Part shown: positions 31,895 to 41,694 of the stretch, one piece after another
Layout of the letters: every line of letters begins with the position of its first letter
Position numbering within the stretch: the first letter of the stretch is position 1
Assembly (NCBI GenBank): GCA_938005705.1
Contig: CALLML010000003.1
Coordinates: 9,272-73,271 of the forward strand
Direction of reading: 5' to 3'
DNA: 64,000 nucleotides
Source: an uncultured bacterium
Lineage (GTDB): Bacteria; Verrucomicrobiota; Kiritimatiellia; PWTM01
Translations under genes and position numbers: made by a program
The notes under the pieces: generated by a model
What the model was told of the DNA's origin: nothing
Database searches by the model: none
Seen by the model: the letters and a program-made list of their open reading frames with translations, nothing else

Positions 31895-33214
31895 ATGATG
31901 CGCATCCGCGAGATTGCTCTGTTGACCATGGCAACCATTGCCTGTCCGGTTTGGATTCCGCTGGGATATGGGGGTGAAGTTCGGATTGAGCAATATGGCA
32001 TTGCCTGGTTTTTCGATCGCGAAGCCGAGGTGGGACGTTACATCACTGGAGACTGGTGGGTGGTGGGCCCCATCACTGTCGTATCGGTGACGCCGGCGCC
32101 TGCAGAGGGGCGCAACGGTTCGGTGGTCAATCCGCCGGCGGGTTCTACCCAGGGATATGACGACCGCATGCAGGGTTTTAACGCCCTTTTGCGTGCTTCA
32201 TTCCCGTTGCACTTGAACCCGGGTCAATCGCTGGTCAGCGTTGCGAGCCTCGAGAAGGTCGGCGATCGCACACCGGAGACGGTGCCAGGGCAACATGCGC
32301 GGGGGCCTTTGCGAACGGCCGCTGTGTTGACCTGCGTGGAGACTCCCCCACCGCCGGATTCCTTTCGTCCGGCGTACGTGGGCGTCTGGCGCGAGACGTT
32401 CCGCGTTTCGCAGCTTCGCCGTGAACGGTTGCCGCGGCTGGTTCCCCCCGGCGGCGTACTGCCGGATACCAAGGGCTTGGAACGACAGTTGGAGCGCATC
32501 TGGCTCGATCATCAGCGGGAATGGGTCAATCGGATGATGCATCCGCTCGAGAACATGCCCGATTACGGGCGGGAGATCACGAACGTGGTGTCGGAGACGG
32601 CTGTGCGGTTGTTGCTGGACGATCCCGAGGGCCGCTACGAAACGTTGCTCCTGAGATTCGTGCAGAAGGGCATTGATTATTATGGGGCGGTGGTCTCGGA
32701 TTCGAATCTTTGGATCGCCAACGGCGGCCACAATTCCGGCCGCAAATGGCCCATTCTATTTGCAGGCATCCTGCTGGACCACGAGGGTATGATGCACGTC
32801 AAGGCAGCATTCCAGGAAGACCAGCAAACCTACTACGGGCCGGGATTTCGCGGACAAAAGGCTTTGTGGACCATCACCTTGCATAATCCGAACTCGCGTC
32901 ACGAGGAAGTGGACCCGGCCACTTGGCACACCTTCGGTCGGGGCGACAACAATGGCACGAAGGCGGAAGGGTATCGGCGGCTCAACGGGCCTACGTGGGT
33001 CGGCCAGGCGCTCGCCGCCCGATTGATGGGGGCCGAGGAATTGTGGAACCACCCGCCGTTTTTCGATTACGTGGATCGTTGGTGCGCGGAGGAGGGCGCC
33101 CACGCTGCCCGAGGCTTCGTGAAGGCGATGTGGGACATGTATCGCCCCCAAGCAGATGAGATTGGCGCGAAGATGCGACGGGTACGACAGGGCGGCCAGG
33201 AGGGTAGATTCTGA
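31895..33214 (+). CDS. Hypothetical secreted protein (439 aa)
   Basis: SD GAGGAGG upstream; signal-peptide-like N-terminus; aromatic-rich motifs; no family recognised. Confidence 0.85.
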   Translation: MMRIREIALLTMATIACPVWIPLGYGGEVRIEQYGIAWFFDREAEVGRYITGDWWVVGPITVVSVTPAPAEGRNGSVVNPPAGSTQGYDDRMQGFNALLRASFPLHLNPGQSLVSVASLEKVGDRTPETVPGQHARGPLRTAAVLTCVETPPPPDSFRPAYVGVWRETFRVSQLRRERLPRLVPPGGVLPDTKGLERQLERIWLDHQREWVNRMMHPLENMPDYGREITNVVSETAVRLLLDDPEGRYETLLLRFVQKGIDYYGAVVSDSNLWIANGGHNSGRKWPILFAGILLDHEGMMHVKAAFQEDQQTYYGPGFRGQKALWTITLHNPNSRHEEVDPATWHTFGRGDNNGTKAEGYRRLNGPTWVGQALAARLMGAEELWNHPPFFDYVDRWCAEEGAHAARGFVKAMWDMYRPQADEIGAKMRRVRQGGQEGRF

Positions 33215-33302
33215 AACGTCCATGAACCCAAACCTGGCGGAGAGGCGGGCTCGGACGTCGACCACGCCGCACCAGCCCCGGCGTCGCTAAAACTGCCGAT
33301 GC

Positions 33303-34500
33303 TCAGGTCAGGAGAGATTGTATATCCGCAACAAAGACGCGGCGCGTGCCTCCCACAAGTCCGTTGAATACCACATAACGCCCGGAATGATCCCACGCCG
33401 GATGGGGATCCAGCCGCAACGCCCGGTCGGGGCAAGGCTGACGGACGGGGATGCGGGCGATCGTCTGTTCCTCGCCGGTGGTCGGGTCCACCCAGCGCAA
33501 GGGAACCGATCCGTCCGCAAACGCCGCCTTTTCGTTTTCATAAGCGTCCGTCAGCAAATGGCGTCCGTCCGGCACCACAGTGGGATGGCCGGAATCGGTT
33601 GTGGCATCAAGCATCTTGCGCAGATTGCTGCCATCGGCATTGAACTGGACAAACCGCAATTCGACGCGGTCTATGTTCAGATTCAACGAAATGCAATGAC
33701 CGTCCGGAAACCAGGTGGCGTGGTATCCGCCCTTTTCCAATTTTTCCGGACCGATCGCGCAATGCACCGGCCCGTCGTCCAGGCCCATGACGATCCAGGC
33801 GAATCGCATGGCATCATGGCCAATTTTGAATATGTTGAACGGACGCAGTTCTGTCGTCGGGAACCAACGGAGACTCAACATGCCCCGATCGCCCTGCGGA
33901 TTGAATTTGCTGTGGAAGCCGTAAATCTCCTGCCGTTCCGGTTCGGAGATGCGCACAGGCGGATTGGCCCGCCGAATGGCCTCCGCAATCGAGATCAACA
34001 ACCGCACGCGACCGGTGGCGGTGTCCGTGAGATAAAAACCATCGTCCTCGACAGGACCGATATTGCGCGGCACCGCCTCGTCCGGGACCTGCACTCCATA
34101 GCCGGGCGGTGTGACGCCCACTGTGGTCATGTTCGCAGAAATCAACCACCGCCCGTCGGCGGAGGCGTGATAGACGGTCCCTTCGAGCCGTTCTTTCCGA
34201 CCCCTCAGGGGATCTAGTTCCATGCGAAGGGTTGCTACATCCGGTTGTCCACGTCGTTGTAAAAAAGCTCGGGGCGGCCCCGCCCCAGTTGAGGTTGGCC
34301 CCCATCTGAGGCTCCCATCCACAGGTTTGGGCTACGACCCGGTCTTCGCCGGTTTCCAAGTCGAGCAGACATATCGAGCCGAGCTCGCCAGGCCGCGGCT
34401 GACGATCCTCGAACGGCATCTGGAATACCACCAGGTGACGGCCCGACGGACTGATCGGGCTCGTGTCGAAGAAGCGATGAATGCATCGAAGTTCATTACG
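33303..34500 (-). pseudogene. Disrupted beta-propeller protein (oligogalacturonate lyase/TolB-like)
   Basis: Three frames join into one protein: HRFFDTSPISPSGR..GWEPQMGANLNWG / ELFYNDVDNRM*QPFAW / LDPLRGRKERLEGTVYH..GHP..RLDPHPAW; two frameshifts, a TAG at 34235-34237 and no start. Confidence 0.75.
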
Positions 34501-34520
34501 CCCCTCCCCCACCCCATGTT

Positions 34521-34599
34521 TTCCCGAGCTTGGAAAACATGGCGACAAAAGTTTCCAAGCCTTGGAAAAAATGGGGCGAAGGGCTTCCAAGGTTTGGAA
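34521..34599. repeat. Array of three TTCCAAnnnTTGGAA-type palindromes, 32-bp period
   Basis: TTCCCGAGCTTGGAA 34521, TTCCAAGCCTTGGAA 34553, TTCCAAGGTTTGGAA 34585. Confidence 0.85.
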
Positions 34600-34610
34600 G
34601 AAGCGAAGTG

Positions 34611-36320
34611 TCAGGCTTTTGGATTTAACTCAATCAGGTGACTGTGGCCTACATACTCGCGATTCATCCGGACCCGTGGCAGCATCAGGTCTATGAAGCG
34701 GTGCGCGACGGTCTTTTTGTAATCCCACTTTTCAGACTGCCGCAGCAATAGCAGGCAGACATAAACGTCAACCCACATATCCACGAGGTGCGGGGCGACC
34801 AGTTCACGGTATTCCGGATCGGCGTTTTGCAGAAATTGCTGCGACTCGCGCAGCAACGCGAGCGGCTCGCGGACGCGTCCGCGCTGTTCGGCGATCTCAG
34901 GATCGGCGACAGACCGATTCATCTCCTCGTCTATGAGGGCGTCAAGGTCGCCGCGCAACAAACGGGGGAGCGCCCAGTTGATCTGAATCTGGGAAGTGCC
35001 TTCATAAATATTGGTGATTCGGACGTCGCGGTAGAGCCGTTCGACGGGATATTCTTTCATGTAGCCGTTGCCGCCGTGAATCTGGATGGCATCGTAGCAG
35101 ACGCGGTTGGCGATCTCGGTGGCATAGTACTTGGCGATCGGCGTCAACGCCTCGGCCATCCGCCCGTACCGCTTGGCCTCCTCGCGCAGGCCTCGGGCTT
35201 CGGCCCCCTGGTGTAGGTCCACAATTTCGCAGGTCTTGTAGAGCAAGGCGCGGGACGCTTCGGTGTACATGCGCATGTTCGACAGCATGGCGGCGACCTG
35301 GGCAAACTGGCGGATGGGGCGGCCGAACTGTTCGCGCTCATCCGCGTATTTCAAGGCCTCGACGAGGGCGGCCTGGGCGATGCCTTGGGCCTGCGCTCCG
35401 ATGGCGAGCCGCGCCGCCAGCATGAGCCAAGCGGTGTAGCGGGCCAGCCCCATGCCCCTGGTTCCAATGAGATAGGCGGGGCATTCGTCGAACGCCAGTT
35501 CACACGTCGGCACGCCGTGAATACCCATCTTATGTTCGATGCGACGCACCGTGACGCACGGATTCTTTTCGACCAGGAAGAAACTCAATCCGCGACCGCC
35601 GCCTTTTTTGGCGGGGTCTTCGCTGCGTGCGAGCACGAGAATCACATCGCCGCAGCCGTTGGTGATAAAACGCTTTGTTCCGCTGATCTTCCACAGGCCC
35701 GTGACGGGATCCTGTGTGGCGGTGGCGCCCTCCGGTTCTTTCGCGCGGGTCTGCACCGCGGCCAAGTCGCTGCCGGCGTCCGGCTCGGTCAACGCCATCG
35801 CGCCGGTGAACTCCCCCGTGCTCATGCGGGGCAGGTATTGCTCCTTGAGACTTTCATCGGCGAACTCAGCGATGGTCTCGGCGATGCCGCCCTGTAGCCC
35901 AAAGAAATTCATCAGCGAGGCGTCCGCCTGCGACACCACTTCGATGGCGGCGGTATAAACCGTTTCGGGAAACTGGAGGCCGCCGTAACGGCGGGGAATC
36001 GTCATCCCCATGAGCTGGGCATCGCGCAGGTCTTTGAGATTGCGTTCCGTCGGTTCGGACAAAATCACGCGCCCGTTCTCCAGACGGCATCCCTGTTCGT
36101 CCACCTCGGCCGCGCGCGGCGCAAAGCGATTCGCCGCCAGTTCGCCCACGGGATCGCGCAGCATTTCGAGATAAGTCGTCCGGGCCTCCTCGACGGACCC
36201 ATAGGGGCAGTCCGAGTCTTCGCCGATACGCTCTTTCATGGCGATGAGGGCGTCCCAGTCGATCAGATGTTCCATGATAAAGGCCAGATCCCGATTGTCC
36301 GTGTAAAAGTTTGGCATCAC
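34611..36320 (-). CDS. Acyl-CoA dehydrogenase (long, 569 aa)
   Basis: MALTEPDAGSDL, GTKRFITNG, KMGIHGVPTCEL, REQFGRPI, IQIHGGNGY, YRDVRITNIYEGTSQIQ. Confidence 0.95.
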   Translation of the reverse strand: MMPNFYTDNRDLAFIMEHLIDWDALIAMKERIGEDSDCPYGSVEEARTTYLEMLRDPVGELAANRFAPRAAEVDEQGCRLENGRVILSEPTERNLKDLRDAQLMGMTIPRRYGGLQFPETVYTAAIEVVSQADASLMNFFGLQGGIAETIAEFADESLKEQYLPRMSTGEFTGAMALTEPDAGSDLAAVQTRAKEPEGATATQDPVTGLWKISGTKRFITNGCGDVILVLARSEDPAKKGGGRGLSFFLVEKNPCVTVRRIEHKMGIHGVPTCELAFDECPAYLIGTRGMGLARYTAWLMLAARLAIGAQAQGIAQAALVEALKYADEREQFGRPIRQFAQVAAMLSNMRMYTEASRALLYKTCEIVDLHQGAEARGLREEAKRYGRMAEALTPIAKYYATEIANRVCYDAIQIHGGNGYMKEYPVERLYRDVRITNIYEGTSQIQINWALPRLLRGDLDALIDEEMNRSVADPEIAEQRGRVREPLALLRESQQFLQNADPEYRELVAPHLVDMWVDVYVCLLLLRQSEKWDYKKTVAHRFIDLMLPRVRMNREYVGHSHLIELNPKA

Positions 36321-36362
36321 GAATCTCCGTTGGAATGATGATTACAGCGCTTCGTCTCCGCA

Positions 36363-37334
36363 TCAACTTTTCAGCAACTGAATCAGCTTTGGTATTACAG
36401 CCTTGAGGTCGCCGACGATGCGATAGTGGGCGATCTTGAAGATCGGCGCGTTCGGGTCAGTGTTAATAGCGATGATCTTGCCGGAGTCCTGCATACCGAC
36501 GCGATGTTGGACCGCACCGCTGATGCCGCAGGCAATATAAAGGTCCGGTTTTACGGTAGCCCCTGTCTGGCCGATCTGATGATCGGCGGGCAGCCATCCG
36601 GCATCCACCACGGCACGAGTCGCACCGATTTCCGCGCCTAGTGCCGAGGCCAGGTCGCGAATCCATGAGAAATTCTCCAGACTGCCGACGCCCGCACCGC
36701 CGGCGACAATGACGCGGGCGCCTTTCAGGTTGATGGTCTTTTTCGCCACGTCCCGTTTCAGCACCTTCGCGGCGCCGACAAAATCGGGAGCGACGGAAAC
36801 CGCCTTCACCGCACCGGTGCGTCCAGCATCGAACGACGCGGCATCCGCCGCCCCGTCGCGCAGCGCGATGATGAGCATTCGTCCGTCAGCCGCTGCATAA
36901 TCGGTCACCACTTTCCGGTCAAATTCGATGCGGCGCGCGGTCCGGTCATCACCCGCCAGCCGGACGTCGTCGGCGTAGAGCACGCCGGCGCTTGAGAGCA
37001 CCCCCGCAACGGAGGCGGCCAGATCCAGTCCGAGCGTCGTGGCGGGAAACAGCGCCGCCGCCGGCGCCTGCTCGACCAGCCATCCGGCCGTGAGGGTTCG
37101 AAAAGGACGGCTGATGTAGCCGGCCAGTGCCGCATGATCAGCTGCATACACCTCGTCCGCGCCGTATCCGAAGAGTTTGGCGGCGGTCTCGCTGACGCCC
37201 CGGCCCGCCGCCAAGGCGACGACCCGACCGTCCAGACCGGCGAGCGCGCGCGCCTTGGACATGCACTGGAGGCAGATGTCGTGAATTGCGCCGTCCTCGA
37301 TTTCCGCAAATACTGCGATCTTTGCCATGATCAT
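36363..37334 (-). CDS. etfA: Electron transfer flavoprotein alpha subunit (EtfA/FixB)
   Basis: IVAGGAGVG, GATRAVVDAGW, QIGQTG.TVKPDLYIACGISGAVQHRVGM, AINTD..APIF. Confidence 0.95.
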   Translation of the reverse strand: MIMAKIAVFAEIEDGAIHDICLQCMSKARALAGLDGRVVALAAGRGVSETAAKLFGYGADEVYAADHAALAGYISRPFRTLTAGWLVEQAPAAALFPATTLGLDLAASVAGVLSSAGVLYADDVRLAGDDRTARRIEFDRKVVTDYAAADGRMLIIALRDGAADAASFDAGRTGAVKAVSVAPDFVGAAKVLKRDVAKKTINLKGARVIVAGGAGVGSLENFSWIRDLASALGAEIGATRAVVDAGWLPADHQIGQTGATVKPDLYIACGISGAVQHRVGMQDSGKIIAINTDPNAPIFKIAHYRIVGDLKAVIPKLIQLLKS

Positions 37335-38128
37335 TTCCCTTTCAACACTTCATTGAGCATCGTCTTCAATGCCGCCACGTCTTCCGGGTCCACCTGGCGC
37401 GACTCGATCACCCGCGGCGGCACGGACTCGCGGCGCGTTACGCGCGTCGTGACCAGCGCTGCCGGATCAGCCACGCCAAGTTCGGCGGGCGTTAACACCG
37501 GGATCGGAGTTTTTTTCATCTTCAGTTTCAACATCGCTTTCGCGGGGCGTGGCGAGCGCGGATCATCTTCCAGGAGGGCCACGCCGATGGAGATGACCGA
37601 AGGCAAGGGCGTCTGCACGGTTTCATAGCCCATTTCGATGGCCCGTTTGACCACCGCCTGACCGCCGGCGACGGCTTCGACGGCGTCCACCCATGCCACA
37701 TGATCCCACGCGAGCTCGGCAGCAAGCATCGCGCCGAGCATCGCATTTTCGCCATCCACTACCGAAGTGCCCGTCAGCACGAGGTCCGGCGCGTCGGTCT
37801 TTTTCACCGCGGCGGCGAGCAGCACCGACAACGCACGGTCGTCGAGGACACTGGCATCGGCATCCACCTGCACCGCCGCATCCGCGCCGCGATAGAGACA
37901 CTCGCGCAACACCTCCACGCCGCGTGGGGCGCCGACGGCGATGGCCGTTATTTTACCGCCCTGCTGATCCTTGATGCGCAGCGCGACCTCAAGAGCATTG
38001 AGGTCCTCCGGCTCGAAGCGGGTTTGAAGCGCGCCCGGTTTGATATGGCCGGCCTCGTCGAGGATCGAACCGATCAGGTCGCGCGTGTCCCAGACCTCGC
38101 GAACGATGACGACGCAGTTGCAGGACAT
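37331..38128 (-). CDS. etfB: Electron transfer flavoprotein beta subunit (EtfB/FixA), divergent
   Basis: V.DT, PEDLNALEVALRIKD, RGADAA, DLVLTG...DG, LPSVISI; overlaps etfA. Confidence 0.88.
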   Translation of the reverse strand: MSCNCVVIVREVWDTRDLIGSILDEAGHIKPGALQTRFEPEDLNALEVALRIKDQQGGKITAIAVGAPRGVEVLRECLYRGADAAVQVDADASVLDDRALSVLLAAAVKKTDAPDLVLTGTSVVDGENAMLGAMLAAELAWDHVAWVDAVEAVAGGQAVVKRAIEMGYETVQTPLPSVISIGVALLEDDPRSPRPAKAMLKLKMKKTPIPVLTPAELGVADPAALVTTRVTRRESVPPRVIESRQVDPEDVAALKTMLNEVLKGK

Positions 38129-38220
38129 GACTTGTTCCTTTCGAATCTCTTTGGCTGTGATAAAACTTTCTTATACTGGGCGCCGCCAGTCCATCGCCAT
38201 TCGCCGCGGCGCCAACGCGA

Positions 38221-38526
38221 TCATCCAAACCGGTATTTCACGCCCTTCCCGCCCTCGGGATACAGCCAACGGATGCCGTCAAACGGACAGGCCTTCCGAC
38301 AAGTTCCGCACTCCAAACAGTTTTCGTGCGAGACGGTCACCTGGTTCGGGTGGTTCGGATCGGCCTTGTAAACCTCCGCAGGACAGATCACCAGGCAAAC
38401 CTTCTCCTTGCACTGGGCGCAGATGGCCTGGTCCACGACGATGTGCGGATGAGCCGCATCCGGCTCATATTTGGTGCGGTACAGCTTGTCTGCCAGGCTC
38501 ATTTTATCGGATATTCCGTCGCTCAT
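38221..38526 (-). CDS. fixX: FixX-type ferredoxin
   Basis: PHI, CAQC..KVCLVICPAEVY, ENCLECGTCRKACP, W.YP.GG.GV.YRFG. Confidence 0.93.
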   Translation of the reverse strand: MSDGISDKMSLADKLYRTKYEPDAAHPHIVVDQAICAQCKEKVCLVICPAEVYKADPNHPNQVTVSHENCLECGTCRKACPFDGIRWLYPEGGKGVKYRFG

Positions 38527-38553
38527 ACTCGATCTCTCCGCCGCCGTTGCGAG

Positions 38554-39882
38554 TCAGGCCAGATGCCGGGCCCGGATTATGTCACGGACAAACCGAAACT
38601 TGGGCAGACCTCGGAGGAACGACCGAATGGCCTGCCGCTGGTTTTCCTGCTTGGATGCTTCGGTAACCGTGAAGAAATCAATCAGCAGGCGATTGACTTT
38701 GCGAGGGTACAACGAGAGCAGGTTCGGACAGTTTTCCAGCACTTCCGGCACGCGGCGAAAGCGCCGGAGGTCCTTCCAGGCCACTGTCTTGCGAATCCTC
38801 GTTTCATAGGCGGTGAGCGCATCGCGCGAAAAATTTCCCGCCCGCTTGGCCTCAATCGCGGTCTCGCCCGCGGCCCGTCCGGATTCCATCGCATGATTGG
38901 TGCCTTCCTTGTAAAGGGACATATTCACAAAACCGGCGGCATCCCCCGCGATGATCACGCCCGGACCCGTCAGTTCGCCGACGGCGTTGTAACCGCCTTC
39001 AGGAATCATGTGCGCGGAATACTCCAGCAATTCGCCGCTCGCGATATAGGAACGGACAACAGGATGAGCCTTGAAACGTTCCATCACCTCATAAGGGCTG
39101 AGACGGGCTCGGGCGAGGGTCTCAATGCGGGCCGCGAAGCCCAGGTGAAGGGATTCACGCGCCGTGTAGAGGAAACCGCCGCCGATGATACCCTCGAAGG
39201 GAACGCCAAAGAAATCGAGCGCGGCCCCCTCATTCGATTCCAGATTGAATCGATCCTCAATACGGCCGCGGGGAAGGGCAATGATTTCCTTCACGCCGAC
39301 GGCATAATCCTGTTTCACGCGGCCGGACCGCAGATTCAAATCCTTGCGCGCTTGTTCGGTCACCAGCGCGTTGGCACCGTCAGCAAGAATGACGATATCC
39401 GCAAAGAACTCTTCTCCACCTCGCACTCGCACCCCGACCACTCGCCGCTCATCGCCCCCGCCGTCGTAAACCAGCGATTCCGCCACGGTGCCTTCCAGAA
39501 GCGTAGCGCCAGCCCCTTCAACCTGCTGGGCGAACCAGCGATCGAATTGGGATCGGTGCACAATAAAAGTGTTGTTGAACGGGGGGCGTGTCCATTCCTC
39601 GGCCCCGAACGACAGTCGCATATGTTCTCCGACTCCGAGAAAAATCAATTCGCGACGGGCCACACATCGCTCAATCGGGGCCTTCTCGAAGAAATTTGGG
39701 ATCATGCGGTTGAGCACGGTGCCATAGAGCAATCCGCCCACGTTCTTGGCCCCGGCATACTCCCCGCGCTCGATCACGATGGTCTCCAAACCGGCAGAAG
39801 CCATCGTATAGGCTGCGGACAGTCCCGCCGGACCCCCGCCGATCACCATGGCGTCCACTTTGACTTTTTCGTCGTTGATCAT
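38554..39882 (-). CDS. fixC: FixC-type ETF:quinone oxidoreductase flavoprotein
   Basis: IGGGPAG, ERGEYAGAKNVGG, RSQFDRW, ADGAN, EYSAHMIPEGG, GDAAG. Confidence 0.93.
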   Translation of the reverse strand: MINDEKVKVDAMVIGGGPAGLSAAYTMASAGLETIVIERGEYAGAKNVGGLLYGTVLNRMIPNFFEKAPIERCVARRELIFLGVGEHMRLSFGAEEWTRPPFNNTFIVHRSQFDRWFAQQVEGAGATLLEGTVAESLVYDGGGDERRVVGVRVRGGEEFFADIVILADGANALVTEQARKDLNLRSGRVKQDYAVGVKEIIALPRGRIEDRFNLESNEGAALDFFGVPFEGIIGGGFLYTARESLHLGFAARIETLARARLSPYEVMERFKAHPVVRSYIASGELLEYSAHMIPEGGYNAVGELTGPGVIIAGDAAGFVNMSLYKEGTNHAMESGRAAGETAIEAKRAGNFSRDALTAYETRIRKTVAWKDLRRFRRVPEVLENCPNLLSLYPRKVNRLLIDFFTVTEASKQENQRQAIRSFLRGLPKFRFVRDIIRARHLA

Positions 39883-40159
39883 CAGGCGATTATCGTCCTA
39901 CGGCCGCGCTCATGACTCGCGGCGCGCGGCAATAAAGCCCAAAACGGGTTTGCGAGTCAAGCCGTTCGCGAGGGATCGACATGCTCTACCCCCGGACGCA
40001 ACATTGGCAAACCATACGTCGGCGAAGAAGGAGGATTGCCGTTGGAGGCAGGTCCTACAGGCTCCGATGCGTTCTTGAACGCATTCGCCTTCAGATACAA
40101 CCAGCCACGGCAGGCGTGCCGAGTATTTGACCGATTGCCGGCAAGCGCGTAAATTCAAC

Positions 40160-40252
40160 TCGAGCTCACGGGGTGTCGGACGCTGTTTCGGCCGGCTGAG
40201 ATCAGACCCGTGGAACCTGAACCGGATCATGCCGGCGGAGGGATGGAGCGGC
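40160..40252 (+). ncRNA. TPP (THI) riboswitch
   Basis: CACGGGGTG..GGCTGAGA..ACCCGTGGAACCTGA-ACCGG-ATCAT-GCCGGCGGAGGGA matches the TPP aptamer; directly upstream of thiamine genes. Confidence 0.95.
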
Positions 40253-40260
40253 GTACAGCG

Positions 40261-40290
40261 GGCGAAGTCACCTCCGGACTTCGCCTTTTT
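40261..40290 (+). terminator. Intrinsic terminator (riboswitch expression platform)
   Basis: GGCGAAGTC-loop-GACTTCGCC followed by TTTTT, between the aptamer and the thi4 start. Confidence 0.8.
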
Positions 40291-40304
40291 GGTCGAGAAG
40301 CAAG

Positions 40305-41078
40305 ATGAAGGAAGAGACGATCAGTCGGATTATCGTCGAACGCTACGGAATCAAGCTGCAGAAAAATTTGGAGACGGATGTGGTAATTGTCGGCGCCGGA
40401 CCCTCCGGGCTCGTGGCCGCGCATGACCTCGCCCGGCGAGGGCGGCGCGTGGTGATCGTGGAACGTAAGCTGGCGCCCGGGGGCGGCATTTGGGGCGGCG
40501 GCATGTTATTCAACGAAATCGTCGTGCAGGAGGAGGCGTTGGACGTGTTGAAGGATTTTGACGTGCGCGCGGATCGGACGGAGGAGGGCCTCTACGCCTG
40601 CGATGCCGTTGAGCTGGCGGCGGCGCTGATTCTGGGCGCGGTGCAGGCGGGCGCATGCCTCCTGAACGGGGTGAGCTGTGAGGATGTGGTCATGCGCGAT
40701 AATCGCGTGTGTGGAGTCGTGATTCAATGGACTCCCGTTGAATTGGCGAAAATGCATGTGGACCCGCTGGTCATTCGCTCGCGCGCCGTGCTCGACGGTA
40801 CGGGCCATCCGTGCGAGGTTGTGTCCATCGTAGCGCACAAGGCTGGGGTTCGGCTGGATACGCCAACCGGCGGCGTCGTGGGGGAGCGGCCTATGTGGGC
40901 CGAGCGCGGGGAACAAAGCACCGTGGAACACACGCGCGCATATTATCCTGGCCTCTATGCTTCCGGCATGGCGGCGAATAACGTCATGGGCGGTTTCCGC
41001 ATGGGGCCGATCTTCGGCGGCATGCTGCGCAGCGGTCGCAGGGTGGCGGAGATGATCGACCATGACCTCGCTGGCTGA
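40305..41078 (+). CDS. thi4: Sulfide-dependent ADP-thiazole synthase (Thi4, non-Cys type)
   Basis: [42 protein letters not shown]; TPP riboswitch upstream. Confidence 0.94.
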   Translation: MKEETISRIIVERYGIKLQKNLETDVVIVGAGPSGLVAAHDLARRGRRVVIVERKLAPGGGIWGGGMLFNEIVVQEEALDVLKDFDVRADRTEEGLYACDAVELAAALILGAVQAGACLLNGVSCEDVVMRDNRVCGVVIQWTPVELAKMHVDPLVIRSRAVLDGTGHPCEVVSIVAHKAGVRLDTPTGGVVGERPMWAERGEQSTVEHTRAYYPGLYASGMAANNVMGGFRMGPIFGGMLRSGRRVAEMIDHDLAG

Positions 41079-41694
41079 ACCGTTCGGCCTCTACCTGGTG
41101 CTGACACGGCCGCGCGTCGGCTATGAAGGGTGCGCGGAGGCCGCCGTGGAGGAGGGTGTGGGCGTTGTGCAATTGCGGATGAAGGGGGAGCCTCGCGATG
41201 CCGTTGCGGAAATGGCGCGGCGCCTTCGCGCGCTGACGCGTGGTACGCAAACGCGCCTGATCATCAATGACGACGTGGAAGTCGCAGTCGAGTGCGGCGC
41301 GGACGGTGTGCATGTGGGACAGAAGGATACCCCGGCGAATGAGGCGCGCCGCCGTCTGCCTCCTGGCATGTGGGTCGGGCTTTCAACCCACAATGCCGAA
41401 CAAGTGGCGGAAGCGGAGGTGTTGGCGCCGGATTATATCGGCATCGGACCCGTTTTTCCGACGCCGACAAAATCCCCCCCCGACCCGGCGGTGGGTACGG
41501 ACGGATTGCGGGAGTTATTGCGTCGGACGAGCCGCCCTGCCGTGGCGATCGGCGGCATCAACGAAACCAATCTACGCGAAGTCCTCACCGCGGGCGCGTG
41601 CAATTTCGCCGTCGTTCGAGCCGTTTGCGATGCGCCGCGGCCGCGGGAGGCGTTAAGGCGTCTGATGGACATCTGGAAGCAGTGGGGGACATAA
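41062..41694 (+). CDS. thiE: Thiamine-phosphate synthase
   Basis: [47 protein letters not shown]. Confidence 0.94.
   Translation: MTSLAEPFGLYLVLTRPRVGYEGCAEAAVEEGVGVVQLRMKGEPRDAVAEMARRLRALTRGTQTRLIINDDVEVAVECGADGVHVGQKDTPANEARRRLPPGMWVGLSTHNAEQVAEAEVLAPDYIGIGPVFPTPTKSPPDPAVGTDGLRELLRRTSRPAVAIGGINETNLREVLTAGACNFAVVRAVCDAPRPREALRRLMDIWKQWGT

Noticed and set aside
33303-34500. Programmed frameshifting or stop readthrough in the propeller gene
   Set aside because: Would need three recoding events plus a missing start; decay is simpler
34521-34599. Palindrome array as a CRISPR array
   Set aside because: 15-bp units with 17-bp spacers, units not identical, no leader or cas genes
38155-38173. Possible Rex site (CTGTGATAAAACTTTCTT) upstream of etfB
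   Set aside because: Only one half-site matches the consensus
38326-39915. 529-aa plus-strand ORF, and similar long ORFs at 12941-14032, 33318-34217, 43776-44681 and 46149-47393
   Set aside because: Antisense shadows of well-supported genes in GC-rich DNA; no recognisable motifs
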